This document shows positions 13,850 through 26,547 of a DNA stretch of 64,000 nt, piece after piece. How positions within the stretch are numbered: the first letter of the stretch is position 1; each line of letters opens with the position of its first letter. Under the pieces are notes generated by a model that had not been told where the DNA came from, did not search any database, and saw only the letters and a list, made by a program, of their open reading frames with translations. Origin of the DNA: Lama guanicoe (Eukaryota); assembly GCA_013239625.1 (NCBI GenBank), contig MU054117.1, positions 436,001-500,000 of the forward strand, given 5' to 3'. Both the position numbers and the translations under genes were made by a program.

Positions 13850-14670
13850 AAACACTTCTTACACGCTATCAACAAAACATGTAAAAAGCAACTACAAAAC
13901 CTCTAGAAGAAAACACAGAAGAAATTCCTGGTGATCTTAGATTAGGCAAAGATTTATTTCTTAAATATGATGGAAAAAAGCATGATCCAAAAAAATGAAA
14001 AACTGGATAATTTGGACTTACAAAATTTAAAATTTTCTGCTAGCCAAGAGATACTCTTAAAAGAATGAAAGAACAAGCTCTAGAATGGAAGAAAGTTCTT
14101 TCTAAGTATATATCTGTTCATAAAGTCAAAGGTGGAAACAACCTAAGTGTCCATCAACAGGCAAATACAGTATAATCATACAACGGGATATTATTACTTA
14201 GCTATAAAAAGGAATGAAGTACTGATACTTGCTACAACATGGATGAGCCTTGAAAAATGATGTTAAGTGAAAAAAGCCAGTCACAGAAGACCACATACTG
14301 TATGAGCCCACGTATTATGAAAACTTAGAAAGTGGGACCATTAAGAGACCTTATATTAAGAGTCTTTATCCATTAAGAGTGCAATAAAAATTTTCAAATT
14401 AAAAAAAAAAAACCTTAGAAAATCAGTATCTCCAGAAACTGAAAATAGACTAGTGGTTGCTCATGGCTGGGGAAGGGGATGGGAGGCAGAGGTGGTGATA
14501 GCAAAAAAGATATGGGTTCTTTTTGAGGTCAAAAAAATGTTCTAATTGACTGTGGTGATGGCTGTACCTATCTGTGAATATACTAAAACCCACTAAGTTA
14601 TACTCTGTAAGTGGGTAAACAGTAATTCATACTGAGATACGAATTCTATCTCAATAAAGCTATTAAAAAT
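13850..14670 (+). mobile_element. L1MB-type fragment (ORF2 end plus 3'UTR)
   Basis: ctagaagaaaacacagaag...ggtggaaacaacctaagtgtccatcaacag...gctacaacatggatgagccttgaaaa...tatctcaataaagct. Confidence 0.88.
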
Positions 14671-15149
14671 TGTATTCGGCAATCACTTTAATGTACATAG
14701 GCACTAGACTGATTTTCTTTTTACAACTTATTGACTTCAAAATAAGTAAATATGAGAGATCACACAGATATATCTTTAATTCCTTTCTTACAAATGATTG
14801 CCAGTTATAACATCATAATTCAAAAATCTAAAATGAGAAAGTAACTTGATAATAGTTACCATCTGTAGAAATCTGCGTGTGGCAGGTCCTCCTGGGTCAT
14901 CTGAATCTCAGCATAACCCTGTGGAGTGAGCGAGAAACCCACCAGTGAAGAAGCTGAGGCTCAGGGAGGTCAGGTAGCTTGTCCCATCTTGATAAAGCCT
15001 GGACTGCCACCTGTGTTATTCCAGTGAACTCTTATCTCACCTAACATACCTGCAGCTCAAAATGTAAATTTTACCAATTTTTCCCTATTACCAGGGTAAA
15101 TGGATTGGCTTCAACCTGCTTAAAAACTATCCCCCTAACAACCAAACAG

Positions 15150-16400
15150 ATGTGTGATCCAGGATACGTGAGGCACAACAACTATGAAAGCCATCGCGGA
15201 GACAAGTGAAGGAGTCCGGATACAGGTGTTTACCAGATGTCACTACAGAATTACTGTGATTTTTCTTAAATGTGAACATCCTATCATGGTCATACAGGAG
15301 ATGGTCCCTACTCTTAGGAAGTACACACCAGTTCTTTGCTGGGGAAGTATCAACACGTTGCCAGTTTACTTTCTAATGGTTCAACAAAAAAGAAAACATG
15401 AAGCTGATGTGGTAAATGTTAACAACTGATGAATCTAAAGTAAAGGGTATACAAGTTTCCCTATATTTGTCTTTGAACTTCACTGTAGATTTGAACTTTT
15501 TTCAAGTATAAAGAAAAAGTAAGATCTGAAGTTTAAAAAATTACTTCATTTTGTGAAAATTGTTACATCAGTGTTTACCCACTTTAGGTGAAATATTCCA
15601 AGAAAAAAACAACTTTATAAAACTACACTCCTATCAGATACTAAAAAACAGCTTAGAATAAAACACGTAAAATCTATGAACGAAAACTATGAATACCAAC
15701 TTACAAATGCAACAAGAATGATGCAATTTGAAAATAACTATTTGGCAACTATGACGTAATGATTGACTCAGGCAAAGAATCATGCAAGGACTAAAATTAC
15801 TAATGGGTTAAATTCTGAGGAGAAACAGGAGGTTTATATAGCATCTCCCCACCAGGTATGTATTAATTATAAAGGAAAAACAGCAACTTCACAGTGGGGA
15901 GATCTGGCAGACAACACCTTAAACTAAGCGATTAAAGTTAACAATAACCATCACCATGGGACCAAGCGACGTCACATGACTCCTGAGGTGATGCACTAAG
16001 GACACACCACTGCCAAAACACAGGACCTGAATCTCATCATGAGGGTACATATAACAAACCCAAACAGAGGGACAGTCTCAATTCCAAAACGTCATGAAAG
16101 ACAAAGACTGAAAAACCACGCTGGGCGAAGTGTGACAATAGAGATCCAACAGCTCAATGCAATGCATGATCCTAGACTGAAAACCTGACCCACAAAAATA
16201 ATTTCTAAAATAATACTATTTTTAAAATTACAAAAACATACAAGTTATATACATTAGTATTATTAGGTCAGTTGGCAATAGTTGATATATTATGTATTGA
16301 TCTTACTTAGTATTAATTTCATTTTGATAATTGTACTACAGTTGTGTAAGAGAATGTTCATGTTTTTAAGGCATAAAAACACTGAAATGTTTAGGAGTAA
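15150..16400 (+). mobile_element. Old L1ME/L1MC4-like 3' fragments
   Basis: gatgtggtaaatgttaacaactgatgaatcta; acttcacagtggggagatctggcagacaacaccttaa; ttgataattgtactacagttgtgtaagagaatg. Confidence 0.7.
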
Positions 16401-16404
16401 AGTA

Positions 16405-16752
16405 CCCACAGGGAACAGACTGGTAGTTCTGAGAGGCAGAGGCTGGGGTTGGTGAAATAGATGAAGCGGGTCAAAAGGTACAAACCTCCAGCTATAAAAT
16501 AAATATGTCCTGGGAATGGGACGTACAGCATGGTGACTACCGTTAATAAGACTGTATTGTGTATGTGAAAACTGCTAAGAGGGTAGATCTTATAAAGTTC
16601 TCACGACAAGAAAAAAAATTTTAACTATGTGTGGTGTTAGACTTGTTGCAGTGATCATTTCTTTCAATATACACAAATATGGAATCATTACGTTGTTCAC
16701 CTGAAACTAATATTAATGTCATACGTCAATGATACCTCAATGTTTAAAAAAG
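16405..16752 (+). mobile_element. L1MA9-like 3' end
   Basis: ggtcaaaaggtacaaacctccagctataaaataaata...gtacagcatggtgactac...aatcattacgttgttcacctgaaactaata, then an A-rich tail. Confidence 0.85.
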
Positions 16753-19549
16753 AATAGATAAGCTGATGCATGAGAAACATCAGACAGTGCCTGGAGTACC
16801 CACAGTGGGCACCAAATCCATTTAAGCTTCTGTTATGAGATATAAGACAAACACTGCCTATGAAAAAATTGAAAACTTAAGACTTCAGTTATAGAAGGTA
16901 ATAACAGAAGTCTAACGGAATAAAAACACTAATCCTATCTTGGGGGGGAATCTTTTTGTTCATGGCTGTTATGATAGTAAACAACTAAAAATAACCTCAA
17001 TGCTCCAGTGAGGATTGGTTAAATAAATCAGAGCATGAATACTCCACAGCTATTAAAGTCATAATGTATGCGATGAAAGGCAGTCTGTGTCATGTAATAC
17101 TGTTAATCGAGTAAAACACAACTCAGAAGACCATGTAGAAGTATGAGCCTATGTGCATAAAACACTTAATATGTGGACATAAAAAAAAGTGAGGCACTAT
17201 TAGGCTCTTTGGGGGGAGTACAGGAGGTACACCAATGGGCTGGAAGCTTCCTATTAACCCCTCTAATGCTGGCTCTGTTTCTGCTCCCTCAAATGCAAGA
17301 TTCTGGTTTGCACTGTGGCTTCTCACTGTGACCTTTTAACTTCTTTCCACAGTAACTCAATAACCCTCATATTTTCTAGGTTACAATCCCAAGAAAGGGA
17401 ATTTGATTGACCCAGTTCATCTTTTCCTGCAAGATGTGTCAGATTACTAGCCAGGATACAGATTTACTTCACCCAGGAGGAGGGAGAAGCGGTAAAGGGC
17501 AGGTAGGCTGGCCAGATAACCTCTGAAAATTTTTTTAGAGCCAGGGGGGAGATAAGACAAACAAATAAACAAAGGAACTACTCCCTCCTGTTGAGCTGTC
17601 ACTTCCCCAGGCATGGGGAACTGTGATTAGAAAGAATAGCAATGTTAATGCCTGACTATCTTATTTGTACATAAACTCCCATTACAAAAGGATCAGAGTC
17701 CCATTAAGTAGTCTTACAGATCATTAAATACTTAACAGAGAGAAACTAAAAACTGAAGTATTCCAAACAACCGATACTTAAGCAAGAGTAAGTCTAAGAT
17801 TCTAATGATAAAAACGGTACATTTCTTGTCCAGATTTTTATTTTCATTTTACTAACCAGGAAGCTAAAACTGACAATCCTAAGGGTGGGGTCTCCCAAAA
17901 ACAAAGGGCAACAGAAGACAGAAGAGGACTGTTAGTATTAAAAATCATACAATCTGGAAAAGCTGACTTTTCTTTAAAAAGTGGGGGATGGGTTGTCCTA
18001 CAACTGACCTCTTCAGTACAGCACTAACATGTAACCGTGTTGGAATTGGTATTTCTTTTTATAACAGTTATGTATTATTCGTGAAAAGTTTTTTTTTTAA
18101 GTTCATCCTTTTCTGATACTGTCTTAAGCTCCCGTAGAGCTCTTTTCCTCTGTCACTCCAGGAGAGTAAGTTTTAGCCTCTCCTGCTTCCACTTTCAAAC
18201 ATCCTTCCCTGAAGTCACCTTTGTCCTCTTCAAATCAGCGATTCAGTGGCTCTTTTCAACTGTAACCTTCCTGTACGTCTCTGCACCACTCAGCAATGCA
18301 GGCCTGGGAGCTAGAGCCCACCCTGTAACCATGTGCAGGCACTGCCTGGGCACTCAGGGCAGGTCACTGAGCAGCCATACCTGCCAGCATCCTCCAGACC
18401 ACGTTACAGGACAGCCCACAGTGTTTCTGAAGTCACTGTTAGTGCAGCATTCCATTACTTGCAGCCAAAACCATTCTTACCTGACACCACCTCCTTTATG
18501 CACAAGACACTGCTGGTCACCCAGGCCCACTCTTCTTCAGGAACGTCAGTGACCAGTGTCCTTCCTGTTGCCACTGCCTCCAGCATCTCACACCCACTCG
18601 ACCCTGAGAGTAACGCCCAGCTACCAACACCAGACCTAACCTGAAACACTTAGCACTCAGGACATCCTTAGTCTAAAACTTCAGTGTCTGAAAGAAAAAG
18701 AGCAGCACTAGAGAGCCTGACAGCCCAGGCCGGCCGCAGTGTGCCACCTCCTGTCTCTCAAGATCACCTGTCACTAGCCCTCCACAGGAAAGAACTCTAA
18801 TCCTGCTGCGCAGACTCACCGTGACCCCTCCGAGCCCTGCCTTCTCCTGGAAGCACTTCACTCATAACCCTGCAGCCCCCGAGCGCCGGCAGCGGTCACT
18901 GCCACCCAGCCATCCACTCTTTCACCCGCCCAATATCCCCCAATTCCCAGGGCAGCAGGCGAGCAGCAACCGAGGCAGTGAACAGTAACAAGGAGGCAGT
19001 AACGGACAGAACGGAAGCGGGCAGGGATGTCAGGTTCTCCTATTCTTTTTATTTCCACTGTTGCTTTAAAGAGCTGCGTATCACAGAAATCCCACTGCTG
19101 TTACTGATGATGAAGACGGGCTCCATCACCGGAAGTGATGAAAATCTAGTGTTAATGAGAACATAGGTATCCTCAACGTCGTCAGGACGTCCCCCTCCCC
19201 AAACCCAGCATCCTGTAAGGAGGGCTGGGGGCCTGCCTTAACAAGCCCCTGGAACACGGAGAAGTCTCAGAAACCATGTGCGGGATACTAGCCCAAATTA
19301 TACCGTCCAAGGTGGTGGGGGGACACAAAATTAAATCCCTTAATTACGGCACAAGCGACATTTCTTTAAATCACCTTTCCCCATACAAGAACTCCCGAAC
19401 ACCGATCACAAAAATTGTCCCCCACACCGGAAAGTCTCTGCAAACACAACCTTCCAGGGAAAGAGGGGCGACACGAGGGGGGACGGAGAGCGGTGAGGAA
19501 AGATTTGCTAAAGCGCGAGATCTGTTACTGTAACACGTTTTCTGTCAAG

Positions 19550-20400
19550 CACATCAACCGTCCTCGGTGCCGCGGCTGCTGAAACAGCGAACACAGGGAG
19601 GGCTGTCCACCGATGGCAACGCGCCTGGAGGAAACCCTCAGCGACCGCCCGCCGCGCGCCGCCCACGCCCCCGACACAGGCCGCGGCGCGGGCCGCAGGC
19701 GGTCAGAGCACCCCGGCCTGCTCGCGCCCCCGCCTCCCCTCCGTGGGGTCGTCACGGGGCACCCGCCGCAGCGCGCCCGCTGAGGGGGCTGCCCCGACGC
19801 CCACCCGCGCAGCCTTCCCGCGCGACCAAGACCGCCCCGCGCGCCGCCAACCGCCCCGCCGCACTCGCCTGAGGAAACGCCGCGCGGAAGCCGTGGACGC
19901 CGCTCCAGCACGGGGTCGGCGGCCCCTGAGCGGCCTGCCCGGCCCGCGGGCGCGCACGCACAGCACGCACAGCACGCACACGCGGGGGCGCGCGCGCACG
20001 CTGCCCCAGTCCTCGGTCCCGAGGGCCCCCGCGCGGTCGTGAGGGCCCTCCAGTCCCACGCGGCATGAGAGAGGCTCCCCTTCACTCGGCGGCGGCGGCG
20101 GCTCCTTTTCCACGGCGCCCAGGACACTCTTCTTCCCCTAAATGACTCCAAGAAAAGAATTAACAAAACGTGTTACCCAGGCCTCCGACGTGCCGATGGC
20201 CCGCACACCTGGACACAGCTCTAACTCCCTTCAGCACTACAAACAAAAACACTACAGGTTTGCCTTTAGGACAAGGCATCCCTGTGGGGAGGAGCCCCCG
20301 GGCCCGGGGCTCACGGCGTGGAGGCGGCGGCGGGGAGACACCACCACGCCTCCGTCTGCCGTCTGGCCCGAAGTCACTGGGCGAGGCTGGGAGAATCCTG
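19550..20400. promoter_or_regulatory. Second, intronic CpG island (possible alternative or bidirectional promoter)
   Basis: About 850 bp of very high GC and CpG density with GC boxes and GGC runs, within AT-rich intron sequence about 6 kb downstream of exon 1. Confidence 0.85.
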
Positions 20401-21879
20401 AGCTCAGTACCATAGTCCGACAACTCCTGTCTCAGTCTAAGAACTGGGGAAATAAACCTGCCCAAGTTCTCCAGTATAAACCAGTATTTGTTAGAGGATC
20501 CTGTAGAGGAGACATGATAAAAGCATCCAAGGAACAGCGCCCCATGAAACGAAACACGAGGGCAGGGGCACAGCTGCCTGGAAAGTTTCAGCACCAGCCG
20601 AGAGGTGAGCCCCAGGCCAGAACGTTCAACCAGCCATTCAAATTCTAAGTATGAACGATGTTCAACTGAAGTGAACAAACAGAAGTGAAGGGAAAACAAC
20701 ACAATTCAAGACCTTCATCTTCCAGGGCTCCTCATAATCTCAAAATACAAAATCTTAGTTTGAAGACCTCAGAGATAGTGAAAATGTCACTTTAGCTACT
20801 TTCAAAGTAATGTATTTACTGACAAAATTGCCACAGGAAAGCCAAATTCACACAATCCACAAAGAATTCAGGTATGGATTTACATCTTTTAGTACAAAAT
20901 TAACTTGTAAGACACAGACCCCAGCATAGTTCATAATCTTGGTCCTAACCAGTGAGGTGGGTGACTTTCTGGATTGGTTATCAGTGTCATGCATTCTGAG
21001 AAACATCTGAATGAAATCGTAACACTTTGGACCTAGGAAAACCTAGGAACCACCCCTAGTTCACAATTCCCTTTGTATGGATAGGATACTGAAACCAAGT
21101 GATCTGCTTGAGATCACAACTGGCGTTAATGACAGAGGTAGGTCCACAGACCAGGTTCCAGGCTCTCTGCTTGATCCCTTCTGAAAATGTATTCAATCCC
21201 ATCAACTAGATCTAAGACCATCTAGTTAGGAGGTGAGCCCCTGGGCTCTGTCCACACCCACTTTTTACCTGAACCACCCTATGCACTGGCCATTTTCCAG
21301 CACTCTGGCAGTGCTCCTCATTCTTGCCAACAACCCAACACACAAGAATCCAGCAACAACCTCCCCTCCCCCACCCGGCCCCCAAGAAAAGAATCCAGTA
21401 CTTAGCCTATCCTGATCAAAGGGCAGACAGTCGGTTGTACCGAATGTTGCCAAGTTGTATTTTAGGCTTCCTCACCATGTTCCAGAAAATTAAGCAAGAC
21501 CGAACTGAACTTCCGTGGTACAGCAAGCCAGATGCTAACATGGGCTGTCCTTCAGAGATGAGAGGTTATTGCCTTTTCTACAACTAACCCTTTGAAGCTT
21601 CACATGCAGGCAAAAGAAGATGAAGATGACGACTTTCCTTTCAAGATGCTGCTATAAGCAGAAAAGAATCCAGTGTTCACTTCTGGGGTCTTACACTGAC
21701 AGAGCAGTCCTCCTTTGAGGGTTTCCAACTGCATCAAGGTCCACCCTTCTGTAATCCACATCCTTTTCCTATGCTTTCCTCCTCAGAGAAGGAACAGATC
21801 TTGTATCTTCAGAAGACATTTATCACCTGATATTTTACTTGACAAACTACTAATTTTTAAATCATTTTAAATCCCCAGT

Positions 21880-22170
21880 CCCCTTCAGTCCTGCTTAAAT
21901 GCCATCTTTTCAATGAGCCCACACCTAATCACCCTGTTTTAAATTGCAACAACCCCCCCCCAATCTGGCCCTCCCTACTCCTCCAGCCCGTTTTACTTCC
22001 TGTCACTCTCTGTCATACTGTACTTACCAATTTGTTTACTGTCTCCTTCCACTAAAAAGAGAGCTGGTATTTTTGCGTTATGTTCACATCTGTACCTCCA
22101 GCACCTAGTACACTGCATCTAGCACATAGCACTCGCTCAATAAATACATGCTGAAAGAAACAAATGAAGT
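21880..22170 (+). mobile_element. L2a 3' end
   Basis: tgttcacatctgtacctccagcacctagtacactgcatctagcacatagcactcgctcaataaatacatgctgaa. Confidence 0.82.
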
Positions 22171-22256
22171 AATGAACTGGTCCTGCTGTATGCTCAGCAG
22201 AAGTTTTAAAAAAGGATATTCTGTACCCTACATTATTAAGAACCAAAGAACTCTAA

Positions 22257-22372
22257 TGGGGACAGCGTGTATGCTTAGCATGCATGAGGTCCTGGGTTCA
22301 ATCCCCAGTACCTCCTCTAAGAATAAATAAATCAACCTGATTACCTCCCTCAACACCCCATAAAAAAGAACC
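22257..22372 (+). mobile_element. Vic-1-type camelid SINE (5'-deleted) with a 13-bp TSD
   Basis: atgcttagcatgcatgaggtcctgggttcaatccccagtacctcc plus aataaataaatcaacctgattacctccc tail. TSD ccaaagaactcta at 22243-22255 and 22373-22385. Confidence 0.9.
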
Positions 22373-22399
22373 CCAAAGAACTCTAGATATGCACTGTGG

Positions 22400-22785
22400 G
22401 ACCTAAGCCATTACTTGTAGGTTTAGTTCTTCATTTTATGGATAAATGAAAACTAAAGTAGAAGCAGTGTGATGTAGCAGCAAAAGCACAGAATTTGGTA
22501 TCAAAGAACCTGAGATCCAGGTGAAAGTCTGCAAGCAACTTAGCCTTTGTAAACTTCCAACTTCCTCATCTGCAAAATTAGGTTAACTCCTACCTCCAGG
22601 TGATGGTTAACAATGGCTATGAAAATGAAGTAACATTTGGAAAATGTACGAAGTACTACTATACAAGTGCTTCCCATCATTAGGCTATTTGACCTGCCCA
22701 AGGTCACAGAACTAGTTAGTGGCAAAATTAGTACAAGAATTCAAGTTTGCCAACTCCTTCCTGGTCCAGTGCATCTTGTGTCATG
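22400..22785. mobile_element. MIR cluster (+ copy about 22460-22685 between - copy fragments)
   Basis: cttcctcatctgcaaaattagg core; ttcattttatggataaatgaaaactaaag and gacctgcccaaggtcacagaactagttagtggca on either side. Confidence 0.7.
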
Positions 22786-24118
22786 AAACTAGCCTTCTGG
22801 TTCCCTATTCAAGGCCAACTCAATCCTTCATCTAGTTCAAGTGCTCTTAATCTTTGTATAGTTGGGATCTCTCAAAATTTCATGAAATTGACAGCAAAGT
22901 ACACGTGTACACCAACACAAAATCTCCTATAGCCCGTCCTAAGTCAATTTTTATTACTTATTTTCATGCTTAATAATTCATGACTAGAGCTCTTGATTAA
23001 GAGCTGGATCCAAGGAAACAGCAAGAGTAGAATTCAGGAATCTGATTTAAAGACACTGCCCTCGGATCATCATGTTGATGAGCTGAGTGACTTTACCCAA
23101 CATACAAGCACAAGGCAGGCAAAGGATTCAGTACTCAAAGCAGGAAGCTCAGGAAAAGAAGCAGACAGGACGATCAGATTCTTTTCATCCTGCTGCTAAG
23201 ATGCAAACAGGGTGATTCTACATGACCATTTTCAAGTCATCACGGAGGCACGTAGTTTCTTCTCTAGAGAAAATACACACAAAATCTTTTTTTGTTTAAT
23301 GGCTTTGAACACTACAATGTTTTATTTGTAACAAATAGATGGCAGTGAGAAAGCATTCGTAGATGTTTATGGTAAATTAAAATATTAGTTTTCTGGCATC
23401 CTTTTGGGGCAGGCCTTTATAGTCACAGAAATGTACAATAACTGATAAACGTAAAATTGATAATGGCCTTGAATTTGAGCAACCGATGTAGTCTGGTCAT
23501 TTATTTGGGATCTGGACCCATGAATCTGAAATCTGAGTAAGAAGCCGAAGCTTCGCATTTCCATACATTATGTCGTCAAACATATCCCCATCATTCCAGT
23601 ATCTGTACAAGGTGCTCTATTAAGCAATTCCAGTCACACGAAATTTTCATGACAGGGTTTCTGCCCACCACCTCACACCCGTCATGATTAACCCCAAACC
23701 AGATTACTGAATATGGGTCTATCCTCTCTTACCTTACTTTGGCCAAGTAAGAGACTCCATTCACTGTAAAGAGCACTTGGCTGCAGAAAAATCAGTATTA
23801 AACCTTTGAGGAGGGTCAAGTCACCCTTCTTCATTCTCAAATCAGGACAAAACCTAACCAGCCTAACCCACTGGAATGTTAGACAGTTACACAACACTTG
23901 ATATAAATGAAGTGGTTCTGAATTTGATAATCTTCTGAGGCAAAGGAGGTGAGCCATGAGCTTCTTTGGTAATGCAGTTGCAGGTCAAGCACCTAGTTAT
24001 ATAATTCAGCGTCATTAATCTACTGTTGTCCAGCTACAACTCAATCTCACCTGCAAAATTAAACACCACCTAATCCAGGGCACAAATATACTGTGAGCAC
24101 ATTCGGGAATTTCTAAAT

Positions 24119-24198
24119 ATGTTAACAGCTACCAGCTTTTATCTTGAGTGATGGATACATGTTAACAGTTAACAGCTTTTATCTCTGAGTGGTGGGAT
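24119..24198. repeat. 40-bp-period tandem duplication within an old L1ME 3' remnant
   Basis: atgttaacagctaccagcttttatcttgagtgatggat / atgttaacagttaacagcttttatctctgagtggtgggat. Confidence 0.85.
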
Positions 24199-26339
24199 TA
24201 CGGGTGATTTAATTCTCTTACCTATATTTTGCCATAATTCTCAAGCTTTATATAATGATTATGTATTGTTTTCAAAACCAGGAATTTTGAACAACTTAAA
24301 GCATTATCCACCCACTCAGATTTTTGGTCTGATGATTACAGAATCCCTATTTGGGCGGCAGTAACATACCAGTCCTAAACACATCCTAAAAAACAAGAGT
24401 CAAGTATATTGACTTTCTAAAGAAATCCTGTACATTCAAAATTATTAACAACGGTGATTACAAGCAAAAATTTAAAAATCTATGTTTTGGGGACCAGTTC
24501 TTTCAGTGGGAAGTCTTGACCTCTTGCAGAATTGCAGCATGAATCCTCCCAGCCCTTCAGCTATCTAAGGGACTGCCTTGCTTTAGATAAACAGAAGCCA
24601 AGTCCTTGAGGATTTCTGCTTCCTAAATTTTCTATAAACCCAGGGTAAGGGTAAAATGAGCTCTTTCCCCCAGCTGAAAACTGGTTCCCTAAAAAAGCAG
24701 ATATCCAACTTCCACCACTTGGTATTATTCACCATTTCTATCTTTTAAAGTTGTAACTTTTAAAGATAAATTAAGATTTTAGAGCCTTTCCAGCTGTCCT
24801 AACCAGCACAACCCAGCTTTAGAATTGTTTTTTATTTGCTTCTAAGAAGGCTCTTCCAGTGCATCATAAACTCTAACCAAGGGATTGTTTCTCAAGCAAA
24901 ATAGGACATAAAACTATTAGACTAAAAACTCATCTAAGCAAAATAAAAATATAGTTATTTATACTTAGAGAATCAAAACTGATAATATTCTCAGTGAGTC
25001 CACACTGTCACTGAATGAAATCTGTTAGAAGGCTAAAAATTAAGTTTAAAATTTTAATTTCTGATTACTGAAAATTTGAAGTTAAAATTTTCATTCATCA
25101 AATTTTTCAAATGGCATCTTATGTAAGAAAGTTTATACAAGAACTGCAGAGATAAAAATCACTATCATTAGTTACCCATCTACTGAACATCTCCAAATAT
25201 AAACAGATATGGATAATTATCAAAATATGTACACATTGGATTCCAAATATTCATGTTGCATATACTTCAAATAGCATACACTTTAACAACAAAAAAAGTG
25301 TCACTTCCAAGAAATACTGGGGTCAAAAGAAGACAGTCACCTCGAGCAGCTCTGATTTGTCACCTGTAGCAACGATTTTTCATTTCTGTTATACATACAA
25401 ATTGGACCTCTCAGATCAGGTTACATTTCCTTTAGGAATTAAAGCAGCTAATACTTAGAAACCACACGTTTATTTCTTAGAACACAAGAAGTTATTTATA
25501 GATTGCTGTAGATTTCTGTAACAACTTAAGGCAAAATTAATTACCTCTATTTTTCCACCAAAAAAATCTGAATACATGGTATTTGAAAGATGAGTTCTTC
25601 CACAGTATTTTTAGACTGGGTCCTTAAGCTCCAAACTTGTAATTCAGCACCACCTCAGTTTTACTACATTGCAGGGAGAAAATGGGGTAGGGGCAAGTTT
25701 AGCAGCACCACGACGGCATTGTCACCAGCAACACCTCCCACCACAGCCACCATTTTGAGCCGCAGAATTAAAGTGCTTGGGGTTTTTACCAACTAAGAGA
25801 AAACACAGGATTTTCGGAACAGTTGTTAAACAAGCCTTGACTTCTAACATTCCCGAATCTTTCGTCTCTGCGGCCCGGCTTCTGGTCCTCAGTTCAGCGA
25901 AACCGTCGCCCCACTCACATTTTCAGTGAAAACCGTGCTCGCTGGAGTCACGTCCCAACTTTGAGCAGCAGCGTGCGGCGCCCGGCCTCCCGCACCCGGA
26001 GGCGACCGCATTGTTGCCGCCCGGCCGCCCGCACCCCTCCCGCCGCCGGGCGCGCCTCCCCCGGCCGGCGGGACCCACGCGCTCCGCCCGGCCGGCCCGT
26101 CCGCGCCGGGCCCGCACCTTTGTCCGGGGCCGCGGGGACCGGCCGGCGGGCCGCGCGCTCGCCCCGAGGCGGCCGGGGGAGGGGTCGCGGCGCCGGCCCC
26201 ACAAAGCCGGGCTCGCGGGGTCGGCGCCGCGAGTAACGGCCCAACTTTCCCCGCCGCCCGGGGCCCTCGGCCCGGCCCGCGCGCGACCCGGCGCCCTCGG
26301 CCCTCGGAGCCCGGCTCCGGCCCCGCCCGGCCCGCGCAC

Positions 26340-26465
26340 CTCGATCTCGAAGTCCGGCAGGCGGAACGCCGTGCGGAAGAGCGAGCAGAAGTGCGCGATG
26401 GCCGGCACTTCCCACCACGAGCGCAGCTCGCCCAGCCCGGCCGCGCCGCCCTCCTCGGGGCGCAT
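26340..26465 (-). CDS. CECR2: CECR2 first coding exon (42 codons, MRPEEGGAAGLGELRSWWEVPAIAHFCSLFRTAFRLPDFEIE; start of the DDT domain)
   Basis: The translation matches the recalled N-terminus of human CECR2 (MCPEEGGAAGLGELRSWWEVPAIAHFCSLFRTAFRLPDFEIE) except at residue 2. ATG is at 26465-26463 in context ggagATGc. The 126 nt end in phase 0 at donor GAG|GTGCGC (GT at 26339-26338). The exon sits in a CpG island. Confidence 0.97.
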
Positions 26466-26501
26466 CTCCGGCCGCGCCGCCGCCTCCGCGCCCGCCCCGC
26501 C

Positions 26502-26547
26502 NNNNNNNNNNNNNNNNNNNNNNNNNNNNNNNNNNNNNNNNNNNNNN
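26502..26547. other. Assembly gap (46 N) in the CECR2 5'UTR/TSS region
   Basis: Run of N in the sequence, flanked by near-pure GC. Confidence 1.

Larger units (their letters stand above)
1..26339 (-). other. CECR2: CECR2 intron 1 (partial; continues beyond the left edge of the window)
   Basis: Starts at the exon-1 donor. I found no exon-2 peptide (ELEAALHRDD...) in the ORF track or by eye. Repeat-rich, with most L1 copies antisense to the gene. Confidence 0.88.

Noticed and set aside
23280..23960. Possible processed pseudogene (AATAAA plus A-run on the minus strand, 89-aa ORF upstream)
   Set aside because: No TSD and no recognisable protein in the frames I read. Kept only as a candidate intronic PAS.
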